The notes under the pieces: model-generated
Told to the model about the DNA's origin: nothing
Database searches by the model: none
What the model saw: only the letters and a program-made list of their open reading frames with translations
Position numbers and translations under genes: made by a program
NCBI GenBank assembly: GCA_963732385.1
Contig: CAVSZB010000002.1
Span: 64,001 to 128,000, forward strand
DNA length: 64,000 nucleotides
Reading direction: 5' to 3'
DNA from: an uncultured bacterium
GTDB lineage: Bacteria > Krumholzibacteriota > Krumholzibacteriia > LZORAL124-64-63
Shown: positions 19,066 to 28,603 of the stretch, in pieces
Numbering within the stretch: position 1 is the first letter of the stretch
Layout of the letters: each line of letters begins with the position of its first letter

Positions 19066-20244
19066 TCAGCGACTATTTGCGGTCCTTGCAACGATGCCGA
19101 GCAGAATGCCGATGCAGGGCAACAGGATCAGCGCTGCCGTGTAAAGCGGGATGTTCACGCCGAGGGCATCGAAAAGCAGGCCGGTCAGCGGCGGCCCCAA
19201 CGCACGGCCGGCCCAACTCCCGGAGTTGTAGGTACCGAGCACGAGCCCCCGCTCGGACTCTCCCGCCTGCTGGGAAACCAGGCTGGTGACAGTCGTCATG
19301 TACAGGGCACTGCCGGCCGTTGTAAACGTGATACCGAAGACCATCATCTGCCAGGCCGGTGCCTGGGTCATGATCAGCAGGCCGAAGATATAACAAAGCA
19401 ACCCGGCGATCAGCAGCCGGCCTTCCCCGAAGATCGGCACCAGTCGGCCGACCAGCACGCCCTGAATGATGGCAACGATGGCCCCAAGATAGGTGAAGCT
19501 CAGGCCGATCTGGCGCGGCCCCCAGTCGAAGCGGGCGCCGGCCCAGAAGGGGAAGATGGATTCGAAAAGCGCCATGGCCAGATAAACCATGAAGCCGACG
19601 AGCACGATTCTGGCCAGCAGCGGCCGGGCCATGACCATGCGCAGGGCTGCCAGGCCACCCGGTCCTTTTGCTGCCCCCGCCTTGGCGCGTTTTTCCGGCG
19701 GCAGGCTTTCCTTGAGGAAAAAAATCGCACCGACCAGCATGACGGCACTGACGAATACCGCCGCAAGTCCGGGCCACAACAGGGTCGCACTGGCAGCGTC
19801 CCTGCCACCGAGCAGGCCACCGAGCATCGGTCCGACGATGAATCCCATGCTCAGCGAACCGCCCACGTAACCCATCGACTTCGCACGCTGCTCGGGCGGC
19901 GTCAGATCGGAAACATAGGCCATGGCCAATGCGAGACTGCCACCCATCAGGCCGGTGAGCAGCCGCCCGAGACCGAGCAGCCACAGATTCGATGCGAAGG
20001 CGAGAATGAGATAGCTGACCAGCCCGCCGGCAATGCTGATCACCAGCAGTGGCTTGCGCCCATAGCGGTCGGAAAGGCGCCCCCAGACGGGCGTAGACAG
20101 CACCTGGCCTACGGCGTAGAGGCCGAGGATCGTGGTTGCCACTGCCGATGAGGCGCCGAGCTTCGTCGCCACGAAAGGAAAACCGGGCAGGATCAGACCG
20201 AAGCCCATCCCGGAAAGAAGGATGGTCAGAAACAGTATCGGCAT
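19066..20244 (-). CDS. MFS transporter (TetA/DHA1-like)
   Basis: GRLSDRYGRKP motif A; about 12 hydrophobic segments. Confidence 0.92.
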   Translation of the reverse strand: MPILFLTILLSGMGFGLILPGFPFVATKLGASSAVATTILGLYAVGQVLSTPVWGRLSDRYGRKPLLVISIAGGLVSYLILAFASNLWLLGLGRLLTGLMGGSLALAMAYVSDLTPPEQRAKSMGYVGGSLSMGFIVGPMLGGLLGGRDAASATLLWPGLAAVFVSAVMLVGAIFFLKESLPPEKRAKAGAAKGPGGLAALRMVMARPLLARIVLVGFMVYLAMALFESIFPFWAGARFDWGPRQIGLSFTYLGAIVAIIQGVLVGRLVPIFGEGRLLIAGLLCYIFGLLIMTQAPAWQMMVFGITFTTAGSALYMTTVTSLVSQQAGESERGLVLGTYNSGSWAGRALGPPLTGLLFDALGVNIPLYTAALILLPCIGILLGIVARTANSR

Positions 20245-20276
20245 GGGGATCCCTGGCGACCTGAAAGACTTTTCCC

Positions 20277-20383
20277 GCAGGAGCGCCTTCTGTGTGGGAG
20301 CGCCTTCAGGCGCGATTCCCGTACGCAGGCGCGGCTTCAGCTCCTGCGTACGGGTTTGGGATCGCGGCTGAAGCCGCTCCTAC
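20277..20383. repeat. REPIN with nested hairpin and partial 5' duplication
   Basis: gcaggagcgccttc + GTGGGAGCGCCTTCAGGCGCGAT; inner perfect 12-bp stem cccgtacgcagg/cctgcgtacggg; ATCGCGGCTGAAGCCGCTCCTAC. Confidence 0.9.
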
Positions 20384-21333
20384 CGCCGCCGCTTCTTGCC
20401 GACGTGGCCACCAACCGGCTTGTCATGCAGCAGGCGCACCTGCGTGTCGTTCTGGTAGTCCGGGTTCTCGAAGTCGGGCGGACCATGCGGATGGTTGTGG
20501 CCATCCGAGTTCACCCACTGGTACAGCGCCGGACGCTTGCGATAGAGATTGGCCGCAGCACGCAGCTTGTTCTCGTCCGGATTCGTCCACGGGTTGAAGT
20601 GGAAATAGTTGAACAGCACCGAATCGGTACGGCCAAAGGCAATGGTGCCGTACTTGCAACGGAAGGAGCCGTGGTTGATGTACGGCGGCCGCCAGAAGTA
20701 GCCACCGGTCGGCAGTTCACCGAACTGCATCATCCAGGAGCTGCCCCAGATGTGATACGACTCTTCGGCACTGTCGTGATAGCTGATGTTGTCCTGGGCA
20801 AACTGCGGGGTCATGCAGTAGAGGAAGCTCAGCGCCTCGGTCATCACGTCATAGTGCAGCACCTTGATCAGGCAGCCTGAAGCCACCGACGGGTTGACGA
20901 GATTGCCGGGCGCCCAGGGGCGATCCTCATAGCTGTTCACCGAGGAAAACGCATCGGTGAGCGCCAGACGATGATGCTGGTCGGTCTCCGCGAAGCTCGG
21001 CTCGCTGTCGTTGAACATCAACAGCACTTCGGCGCCCTGCGGCACCTCGATGGCGCCGATGGCCATGCCGGCCGGAATGAAAGCGTAGTGGCCCTCGATC
21101 CAGACCTGCTTGCCAACCTTGATCTGGCCGTTCAGGACGAAGATTTCTGCATCCGAGTAACTGAGGCCGGGCTTGCGCCTGAAGCCGCCATCGAAGCGGA
21201 CTTTCAGCGTGCAGGCACCGGTGTCCTTGTCCAGGGACAGGACCTTGTAGTGACTGCCCTTGAAGCCGGTCAGGTCGAATTTCTTGAAGGGATGATCGAG
21301 CTCGACGTACGGCTCTATATGCGGTCGTGCCAC
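20380..21333 (-). CDS. Bicupin protein, DUF4437-like
   Basis: MARPHIE start, KVLSLDKDTGACT, HDSAEESY and GGYFWRPPYINHG cupin motifs. Confidence 0.65.
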   Translation of the reverse strand: MARPHIEPYVELDHPFKKFDLTGFKGSHYKVLSLDKDTGACTLKVRFDGGFRRKPGLSYSDAEIFVLNGQIKVGKQVWIEGHYAFIPAGMAIGAIEVPQGAEVLLMFNDSEPSFAETDQHHRLALTDAFSSVNSYEDRPWAPGNLVNPSVASGCLIKVLHYDVMTEALSFLYCMTPQFAQDNISYHDSAEESYHIWGSSWMMQFGELPTGGYFWRPPYINHGSFRCKYGTIAFGRTDSVLFNYFHFNPWTNPDENKLRAAANLYRKRPALYQWVNSDGHNHPHGPPDFENPDYQNDTQVRLLHDKPVGGHVGKKRRR

Positions 21334-21345
21334 GGGGATTACTCC

Positions 21346-21612
21346 TTAAAAAACTACCTGGTGCTTGCCTTTCGGCTTCTTGGCGATCTCGCTCGGTTTG
21401 ACGATGCGTTTCATGTCGCCGCTGACGTTGAAGCCCCGGGTCTGGATGATCTGCAGGAACTGTTCAACCCACTTTTCACGCTGGGGTCCGAGTTCGTCCT
21501 GTTCCTTGACGATCGCTGCGTAGCGCTTTTTCTGCTCCGCAAGGTTTTCCCTGATCCACTGCAGCGCTTCAGCCTTGCGCGCCGGCTTGGTGTCTTGAAC
21601 TCGTTTGGCCAT
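21346..21612 (-). CDS. Small hypothetical protein (88 aa, helical, basic)
   Basis: SD AGGAG; host-like codon usage; in-operon position. Confidence 0.75.
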   Translation of the reverse strand: MAKRVQDTKPARKAEALQWIRENLAEQKKRYAAIVKEQDELGPQREKWVEQFLQIIQTRGFNVSGDMKRIVKPSEIAKKPKGKHQVVF

Positions 21613-21623
21613 TTTCTACTCCT

Positions 21624-21759
21624 GTTGGAGCGGCTTCAGCCGCGATCCATTATTGTAGCGATCGCGCCTCTGCAGGCGCGATCCATCGTAGGAGCGCCTT
21701 CAGCGCGATCCATCGTTGTTCGGTATCGCGCCTGAAGCCGCTCCTACGGGCGCTCCTAC
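21624..21759. repeat. REP cluster (three direct, partly degenerate copies, one inverted copy, 12-bp terminal stutter)
   Basis: gttggagcggcttcagccgcgatccat; ..gcaggcgcgatccat; gtaggagcgccttcagcgcgatccat; atcgcgcctgaagccgctcctac gggcgctcctac. Confidence 0.9.
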
Positions 21760-22649
21760 TTGCGATACCAGTCGTTGACCTCGTCGCCGGTCGTCAGCCA
21801 CACGTCCTTGTGACTGGCGATATGCGCAAAAGCCCGCTTGAGGTGCTTGAACTTGTTTGGCTGACCGACCCAGAAAGTATGCAGGCAGATCGGCATGCAG
21901 CGGGCGTTGTCAGCTCCCTCACTGTATAGCACATCAAACTGGTCGACAATCATATCGCCAAACGCCTCTGAACTGACGCCGACATTGGCAAAAGCCGGGA
22001 TGTCATTCAGTTCGACGGTATACGGCACCGAAATCAGGCTGCCCTTCTTCACATTGAACGGGAAGGGATGATCATCGGCGGTGTAGTCGCACAGGTACTC
22101 GACGCCCATGTCGGCAAGGATGCTCGGCGTGTTGTTGGTATGCGTCAGGAAGGGCGAGAGCCAGCCTTTGGTCTTGCGGCCAATGGCCTTCTCCATTGCC
22201 TTCAGCACGCCGCCGATGATCTCGCGCTCCTTCTTCTCGTCGATGCCGGACAGGAAATTGGCCGGGGCGTTGTTGATGCCATGGCCGATGAATGCCCACT
22301 TGCGCTTGTTGGTTTCCTCGATGATGCGCGGATACTCGCGGATGATCTCGGAGTTGAGACAGACCGTGCCGCGCATGCCGATCTGGTCCATGAGTTCGAT
22401 CATTCTCCACAGCCCGACCCGGTTGCCGTAGTCGCGCCAGCCGTAGTTCAGCGGATCCGGGTTGAACTGCTGCGTGCCGGGGATGATCGCGGTACCGGGA
22501 ATATTGTGCGGAAAGTGCTCGATGTTGATGTACGGGATGACGGCAACGCGGGCGCCCTTCGGCAGCTTGAACTTCGGCCGGTCGATGATCGGCACGTAGT
22601 CATAGTGCGGGCTCTGCGTCAGCTTGCTGCGATCAACTTTGGTGGCCAT
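21756..22649 (-). CDS. Polysaccharide deacetylase family (PuuE allantoinase-like cyclic amide hydrolase)
   Basis: NIEHF, YGWRDYGNRVGLWR, IGHG, KGWLSP, PYTVELND, LHTFWVGQP. Alternative TTG start at 22676. Confidence 0.85.
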   Translation of the reverse strand: MATKVDRSKLTQSPHYDYVPIIDRPKFKLPKGARVAVIPYINIEHFPHNIPGTAIIPGTQQFNPDPLNYGWRDYGNRVGLWRMIELMDQIGMRGTVCLNSEIIREYPRIIEETNKRKWAFIGHGINNAPANFLSGIDEKKEREIIGGVLKAMEKAIGRKTKGWLSPFLTHTNNTPSILADMGVEYLCDYTADDHPFPFNVKKGSLISVPYTVELNDIPAFANVGVSSEAFGDMIVDQFDVLYSEGADNARCMPICLHTFWVGQPNKFKHLKRAFAHIASHKDVWLTTGDEVNDWYRK

Positions 22650-22672
22650 GGCTTTTCCTTTTGCAGTTGTTG

Positions 22673-23326
22673 TCAACGTGCCTTCTTGACGGCCTTGAGG
22701 CTCCGGATGTACTTGAGTGCCTCGGTCTTGCTGATGACATCGCCATACTTGGCATTGATGTCGAAGAGATTGGCTTCGTGCGGACCATCGTGCCGGTCAC
22801 CAACGCATTCGCGGACCACGATCGGGCGAAAACCGTTCTGCACCGCATCCACCGCCGATGCGCGGACGCACCCGGAGGTGGTGCAGCCGGTGATCATCAG
22901 CGTGTCGATGCCCGCAGCAGTCAAGGTGGCCGCCAGCGAGGTGCCGAAGAAAACACTCGCGTAGTTCTTGACGATGACCAGTTCGCCCTTGCCCGGCTCC
23001 ACGCCCTTGCAGAACTGGGCATACTTGTTGCCCGGCACCAGGCTCTTCAGGACCGGCGCCTTTTTGATCCAGACTCCGCCGTCGATGAAATCCGACGGGT
23101 TGTAGAACACCCGGGTGTGGATGACCGGCATTTTCTTCTGCCGGGCCAGCTTCAGCAGCTCCGGCATCTCCTTGACGGCCTTGACCACGCCCGGCGCGAA
23201 CAATGGCGCACCTTTCAGCGTGTAGCCCTGCAGCAGGTCGATCACGATCAGAGCGGTCTTGCGGCCGAAGCCCAGCCGGTTGTCCCAGACGCCTGCGTAA
23301 TTGCTGGCTGCCGTAGTCTGCGCCAT
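22673..23326 (-). CDS. Isochorismatase-family cysteine hydrolase (maleamate/N-carbamoylsarcosine amidohydrolase-like)
   Basis: LGFGRKTALIVID, KNYASVFFGT, GCTTSGCVRASAVDA, CVGDRH..PHEANLFDINAKYGDV. Confidence 0.9.
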   Translation of the reverse strand: MAQTTAASNYAGVWDNRLGFGRKTALIVIDLLQGYTLKGAPLFAPGVVKAVKEMPELLKLARQKKMPVIHTRVFYNPSDFIDGGVWIKKAPVLKSLVPGNKYAQFCKGVEPGKGELVIVKNYASVFFGTSLAATLTAAGIDTLMITGCTTSGCVRASAVDAVQNGFRPIVVRECVGDRHDGPHEANLFDINAKYGDVISKTEALKYIRSLKAVKKAR

Positions 23327-23474
23327 GGTTGTTTCCCTTGATGATTGCGAAGCGCATAGTTCCACCGAACGGCGCGCCCCGCAAGCCGCCGTTCACACGG
23401 TGGCCACGCATCAAACGCAGGCGAATGAAGCACCGCGACACGGACCAGAATGCAGGTCTACAGGAGGATCCGCC

Positions 23475-24086
23475 ATGAACACCACATCTGCCAACGCACC
23501 GATCATTGCCGAAGTTCCCCCGCATGCACCCAAGGCGGCCGCCGGGGCCGCAAACCAGTACAAGACCCTCAGCGGCTTCGAAGGTCATGAAGAGGAACTC
23601 GGCCGCTCGATGTCGATTCTGCTGAAGATGCTCGGCAATCACACCGGCTACGCGCACGAGATGAATGACCCGCTGGTCAAGGCGCACCTGCTGGCCATCC
23701 AGTTTGCCAAGAACCAGGGCAAGCTCGCCGAGTACATCGCCCACGACATCAAGACCATGGCACCGATCAACCTGCGCATGAAGCAGATCATCGAAAAGAC
23801 CGGCCATCCGGAAATCGCCCTGGTGGCGCTGTTCGACCGCACCGCCTGCCACTACGCGCTGGCGCTGACCAGCACTGGCGATGGTGACAGCCGCACCTGG
23901 AAAGATCCCTTCGGCTGGGTGCTGACCCAGTGCCACAAGATCGGCCAGTTCGACCTGACTTCGCAGGAGATCCACGAGACCTGGACCACGCCCCGCCTGC
24001 TCGGCTATGGCGAGGCGATGGGGGTGAAACTGAAGGTCACCCCGTGGCAGGAAGACGGGATGATCACCTGCTCGCTGGTCCGCTGA
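23475..24086 (+). CDS. Hypothetical protein
   Basis: SD AGGAGG; strong codon bias; two CH dipeptides (TACHY, TQCHK); no family recognised. Confidence 0.8.
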   Translation: MNTTSANAPIIAEVPPHAPKAAAGAANQYKTLSGFEGHEEELGRSMSILLKMLGNHTGYAHEMNDPLVKAHLLAIQFAKNQGKLAEYIAHDIKTMAPINLRMKQIIEKTGHPEIALVALFDRTACHYALALTSTGDGDSRTWKDPFGWVLTQCHKIGQFDLTSQEIHETWTTPRLLGYGEAMGVKLKVTPWQEDGMITCSLVR

Positions 24087-24148
24087 CTGGCTGGCATGCT
24101 CCGGTTATGGTATTTGTCTGTGGACTTCAATTCAGGGGGGACGCCTGC

Positions 24149-26386
24149 ATGAACCAACGCCAGCCGATGACCACGAGACTGGGCCAGATTGCCCTGGGGG
24201 CCGCGCTTGCTGCCGGCTCCCTGCCCGCCCAGGCCGCAATCGACGAAATCCTCGTTACCGCCCAGCGGCGTGAACAGAACCTGCAGGTCGTACCGCTGGC
24301 AGTCAGCGCCTTCGACATCAACCAGATCAGAACCCGGCAGATCGACACCGTAAAGGATATCGGCCGGAACGTCCCGAACCTGCAGACCTATACGGTGACG
24401 GCCGGCGCACAGGCCATACAGGTGCACTCGCGCGGTGCCAGCGTGCAGAACCCGGGCTTCAATCTTTCCGAATCGCCGGTCGGCATCTACATCGATGACG
24501 TTTATTTCGGTCGACTCGCAAGCGTGAACCTCGACCTGTCGGATGTGGAACGCATCGAGGTACTGCGCGGTCCACAGGGCACGTTGTACGGTCGCAACAC
24601 GATCGCCGGTGCCGTCAAGATCATCACGCGCACGCCGGGCGACGAGAGCTGGGCAACCGGATCAGTGGGCATCGGCAACTATGAAACCACCAAGATTGCC
24701 GGCTCCTTCGGCGGTCCGATCGAGGAAGGCGCCTTGGCTGCCTCGATCTCCGCAGTCTACGACAATCGCGATGAAGGCTGGCAGAACAACCCGATCACCG
24801 GTGCTGATCCCGGCGAGTACAAGAACAAGGCAGCGCGTGCAAAATTGCACTGGTATGGCACCCGGAATTTCGATGCGGTGCTGACCGCATGGGTTGTCGA
24901 CCTCGAGAACGATGGTTACAACGGCGTTCCCTATGCACCCTTTGCCAATGCAGGCACGAACGCCAATTTCGATCCGGCTCCTCCAGGCGGACCATTGGAC
25001 GGCTTTTATGCCAACTTCGATCCACCAGGTGTGAACTACGGCAGTTCGGATCAGGCCGGGACCAACCTCGCGCTGAGCTTCGAGTTTGGCGGCGTCACCC
25101 TGAAGTCCATCACGGGCTACGCAAACATCGATGACCAGTTCGGCTTTGATCTGGCCGGTGGCGGCAACCAGGGCGTGGCCGGCGCCACCGGCCTGCTGAT
25201 CACCTCCGACTCGACCCTCGACCAGTTCAGCCAGGAGTTCCAGCTGCTGGGACGGCTCGGCGACAGTTTCGACTGGCAGCTCGGCCTGTTCTACCTGAAC
25301 GAGGATGGCTCACAGTCATTTGCGGGTGACGCCGGTGCCTTTGTCGGCAATTTTGCCGAGCAGATCGAGAACGAGACAGACAGCTACGCGGTGTTTGCCG
25401 AGGGCACATACAAGTTCACCGATGCGCTCTCGCTTACCGGCGGCCTGCGCTGGACCCAGGACGAAAAAGAGTACAGTGACACCTGCCTGAGCACGCCGTC
25501 GGTGCTGAACCTGCTGGCCTGCCAGCCGGCCAGCGGCGCCACGGTGGATCTGGACGATGACTGGGACGAACTCACCGGCAAGCTGTCCCTCAACTACCAG
25601 CTCAACGACGACCAGCTGGTCTACCTGGGTTTCTCCCAGGGCTACCAGTCGGGCGGATACCGCACGCTGTGCTTCGGCAACCTCACCGCGGCCTGTGGTG
25701 GCACGCCGTTCGACCCGCAGACTGTCGACAGCATCGAGGCCGGCTGGAAGGCCGAGCTTTTCGACAACCGTCTGCGCCTCAACGCGGTGGCGTTCTACGC
25801 CATGTATGAAGATATCCAGCAGGTCGTCACGAACTTTGCCGGCGGTTTTCCGATCGACAACATCGGTGATGTGGATGTCTATGGCCTTGAACTCGAGATC
25901 CTCTGGGCGCCGATCGATGACCTGAACGTCTACGCCAACCTCGGCATCCAGGAAAGCGACTTCGGTTCGGTGAGCCCGCTGTCACCGCCGGGTGGCCTGG
26001 GTGACTCCTGCGTGGACGACCCGACGCCCCCCTGCGCAACACCGACCGACGAACTGCCCTCCAACCCGAAATGGCAGGGCAAGATCGGCTTTGACTACAC
26101 CATTCCGCTGGAGAACAGCCTCGCCTTCTTCTACGGCCTGGACATCTACCATTCAGACGACTACTACAGCGAGGCCCGCAACCTCATCGAGATCGAAAGC
26201 TATACGCGGCTGAATGGCTTCATCGGCTTTGGTGCCGACGACCAGCACTGGCAGGTCATCCTGAGTGGCAAGAACATCACCGACGAAGAAGACAACGTGT
26301 CGGGCATCTTCGCCAACAACTTCACCAATATCCGTACGCCGCTGCCACCGGCCGAGTACATGCTGAGCTTCAAGGTCAACTACTGA
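24149..26386 (+). CDS. TonB-dependent receptor
   Basis: Signal peptide, EILVTAQRRE TonB box, ERIEVLRGPQGTLYGRNTIAGAV plug motif, C-terminal aromatic residue. Confidence 0.96.
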   Translation: MNQRQPMTTRLGQIALGAALAAGSLPAQAAIDEILVTAQRREQNLQVVPLAVSAFDINQIRTRQIDTVKDIGRNVPNLQTYTVTAGAQAIQVHSRGASVQNPGFNLSESPVGIYIDDVYFGRLASVNLDLSDVERIEVLRGPQGTLYGRNTIAGAVKIITRTPGDESWATGSVGIGNYETTKIAGSFGGPIEEGALAASISAVYDNRDEGWQNNPITGADPGEYKNKAARAKLHWYGTRNFDAVLTAWVVDLENDGYNGVPYAPFANAGTNANFDPAPPGGPLDGFYANFDPPGVNYGSSDQAGTNLALSFEFGGVTLKSITGYANIDDQFGFDLAGGGNQGVAGATGLLITSDSTLDQFSQEFQLLGRLGDSFDWQLGLFYLNEDGSQSFAGDAGAFVGNFAEQIENETDSYAVFAEGTYKFTDALSLTGGLRWTQDEKEYSDTCLSTPSVLNLLACQPASGATVDLDDDWDELTGKLSLNYQLNDDQLVYLGFSQGYQSGGYRTLCFGNLTAACGGTPFDPQTVDSIEAGWKAELFDNRLRLNAVAFYAMYEDIQQVVTNFAGGFPIDNIGDVDVYGLELEILWAPIDDLNVYANLGIQESDFGSVSPLSPPGGLGDSCVDDPTPPCATPTDELPSNPKWQGKIGFDYTIPLENSLAFFYGLDIYHSDDYYSEARNLIEIESYTRLNGFIGFGADDQHWQVILSGKNITDEEDNVSGIFANNFTNIRTPLPPAEYMLSFKVNY

Positions 26387-26432
26387 GATTTAGCACGGCG
26401 ACGGCTGTCACCGGCCGGAAATGAAAGGGTGA

Positions 26433-26469
26433 AAGGGGTCAGAGCCACAGGCTCTGGCCCCTTTTTTTC
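26433..26469 (+). terminator. Rho-independent terminator after the TonB receptor
   Basis: GGGGTCAGAGCC-aca-GGCTCTGGCCCC followed by a T-tract. Confidence 0.85.
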
Positions 26470-26554
26470 AGCGCAGTTTCGGCAGCACCTGCTCGGCCCT
26501 GCCGCCAATGGCTGGCTGTTCTGGGATCTGGCACGGCCGGTGCAGTAAGCCGGT

Positions 26555-27622
26555 TCAGAACCGTCCGCTCGCTCCGCCACCACCGAACTCGCCGCCCTGC
26601 CCCTGAACCCCGACTGGTGGCGGCGTGCTCGGCGCCGGCGCGAGATGCGCCGTGCCAACCACCTGCACCAAATCCAGCCCGGCGGGCTCCTCGATGGCCG
26701 CCGACGTGATGCCCTGCGTTCGCCGGTGCAGCTGACGGTCCAGCACGATCGCCGCTGCGAGCAACACCGCTCCGCCCGCTACCATTTGCCAGTGCGTGGG
26801 CCAGGGCAGCAGGCGGTGCAGCGAATACGCCGCGCAGACCATGTTGCCCAGCGCGCCGATCAGCGGCGCATGCTGGCGGCGTATCACGCCCACGGTGATG
26901 TTGGCGGCGAGAAAACCCAGCGCCACGGCCAGCGCGATGCCGTGCGTGATGGCGGTTCCGCTGCCGCTGTACTCCACCAGCCAGCCATAGCCGAGCCATG
27001 GCATCACGATCACGAACCCGTCGAGCATGCGGTCATGGAAGGGACGCTGGTACTCACGGCTGCCTGCTGCCAGTGCCGCGATCGCGAGCAAGGCGCAGGC
27101 CACTCCGGCCCAGAGGGTGTTCATGTTGACGCCGACCAGGCGGCCATCGACGAAGGCGATGGCCAGCGAGAAACCGATCGCAGCGAGCGTGGTCAGCAGC
27201 GGATTGAGCAACCGCCATCCCGCAAGCAGCACAGCCGTGGAAATGAGCGCAGCCCCGATCCACTCGTTGCCGCCACGGGAGTTCCAGATGAGCACCTGCA
27301 CGACAATGGCGATGGCGCCGCAGAGATACAGGGCTTCCTCCACGCCGGAGCGAAGTACGCGGCGCTGTGCCACCATCCATTCGGCCGCCACCACCAGCAT
27401 CACGCCACCCACCAGCCATGGCGCTGGCGCCTGTGACAGCACGCCGGCGAACATGGCCGTACCCACGATGCCCAGCACGAACCCGAGGCAGCGCGCCAGC
27501 CATGTGCCGGTCTTCCATCCGCCACCATTGCCGGACTGGGCCACCGCCCCATGCAGGGCAGCGTATCGATCAGCCAGCACCAGCCAGCGTTCCTCACTGA
27601 TGGTGGGACGGGCAAACATCAT
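26555..27622 (-). CDS. Multi-pass membrane protein with Gly-rich GGGGASGRF tail
   Basis: About 10 TM segments; SGVEEAL motif; ATGA-coupled to the upstream gene. Confidence 0.75.
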   Translation of the reverse strand: MMFARPTISEERWLVLADRYAALHGAVAQSGNGGGWKTGTWLARCLGFVLGIVGTAMFAGVLSQAPAPWLVGGVMLVVAAEWMVAQRRVLRSGVEEALYLCGAIAIVVQVLIWNSRGGNEWIGAALISTAVLLAGWRLLNPLLTTLAAIGFSLAIAFVDGRLVGVNMNTLWAGVACALLAIAALAAGSREYQRPFHDRMLDGFVIVMPWLGYGWLVEYSGSGTAITHGIALAVALGFLAANITVGVIRRQHAPLIGALGNMVCAAYSLHRLLPWPTHWQMVAGGAVLLAAAIVLDRQLHRRTQGITSAAIEEPAGLDLVQVVGTAHLAPAPSTPPPVGVQGQGGEFGGGGASGRF

Positions 27623-28569
27623 GCTGCCGACTCCTTGAGTCGTGCGCGCAGATTCAGGAGCAACGCCATTGCACCGGCCACCGTGAACAGGCCCAGCCAC
27701 GAGACCAGCACCGAGTCGCGCACCACCAGCACCTCCAGCCAGATCAACCCGATGGTGCTGTAGCCCACGGCATAGAGCAGAAAGCTCTGGCGTCTCTCAC
27801 GCAGGCCAAATCGCCCGACGATCGCCGCAAGGGCCAACAGCAGCAGCGCACCGATCCAGCGCGTGGCGTCGTCACCACCCAGCGCCAGGGCGCCCCAGAA
27901 GCCGAAGTTGGCGGCAAACTGCAGGTAGACGTCGCGAAAACCACCGCCCGCTTCCTGACCCTCGACCGGGTGGTACCGACTACCGAGAAAGAACACCAGC
28001 GCGCAGAACAGGCTGCGCGGGCCTGCGCCGAAGTAGGGATACAACGGATCCACCACCGTACCGAGTCGCGTCTCCACGCCAACCCACGCCGCGAAGGCCG
28101 TCAGCGCAACCGACAACACCAGGCGCGAGAGGAAATAGTAGGCCGTGGCGACATGCCACACGGCTAGCAGCAGCAGATGCCGCGACCAGCTGGCGCCAAA
28201 TACATGGAACTGCACTTCGACGTAAACCACGCTGACACTGAACAGCAGCGCGCCGAGCAGCAGAACGTAGTCCTCACCCAGCGAACGCTCCCGGCCCGCC
28301 ATCCGGGCACGCAGCGCAACGGCGTAACACAGGGCCGATGCCACGAGGATGCCGGTGAGCAGGGCCATCGGACCAATTCGATCGAGGTTGGCCTTGACCA
28401 GCAGGCCAACACCGCCGACCAACGTGGCCACGCCCAAGTACAGCGCGACCAGCAGTTCGCGTCGCACCGAAAACACCTCACGCTGCTCGAGCCGCAACGC
28501 GGTGGCACGCGCGTCATCCGCAACGGCGTCCGCTGGAAGCGCACTAACCTCGGCAGAGAGATCGTGCAT
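27619..28569 (-). CDS. DUF2157-like membrane protein
   Basis: FSVRRELLVALYLG..GGVGLLV motif; multiple TM segments. Confidence 0.7.
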   Translation of the reverse strand: MHDLSAEVSALPADAVADDARATALRLEQREVFSVRRELLVALYLGVATLVGGVGLLVKANLDRIGPMALLTGILVASALCYAVALRARMAGRERSLGEDYVLLLGALLFSVSVVYVEVQFHVFGASWSRHLLLLAVWHVATAYYFLSRLVLSVALTAFAAWVGVETRLGTVVDPLYPYFGAGPRSLFCALVFFLGSRYHPVEGQEAGGGFRDVYLQFAANFGFWGALALGGDDATRWIGALLLLALAAIVGRFGLRERRQSFLLYAVGYSTIGLIWLEVLVVRDSVLVSWLGLFTVAGAMALLLNLRARLKESAA

Positions 28570-28603
28570 CAGGAACGCTCCGCCGTCGCCTTGCGCCAGT
28601 ACT

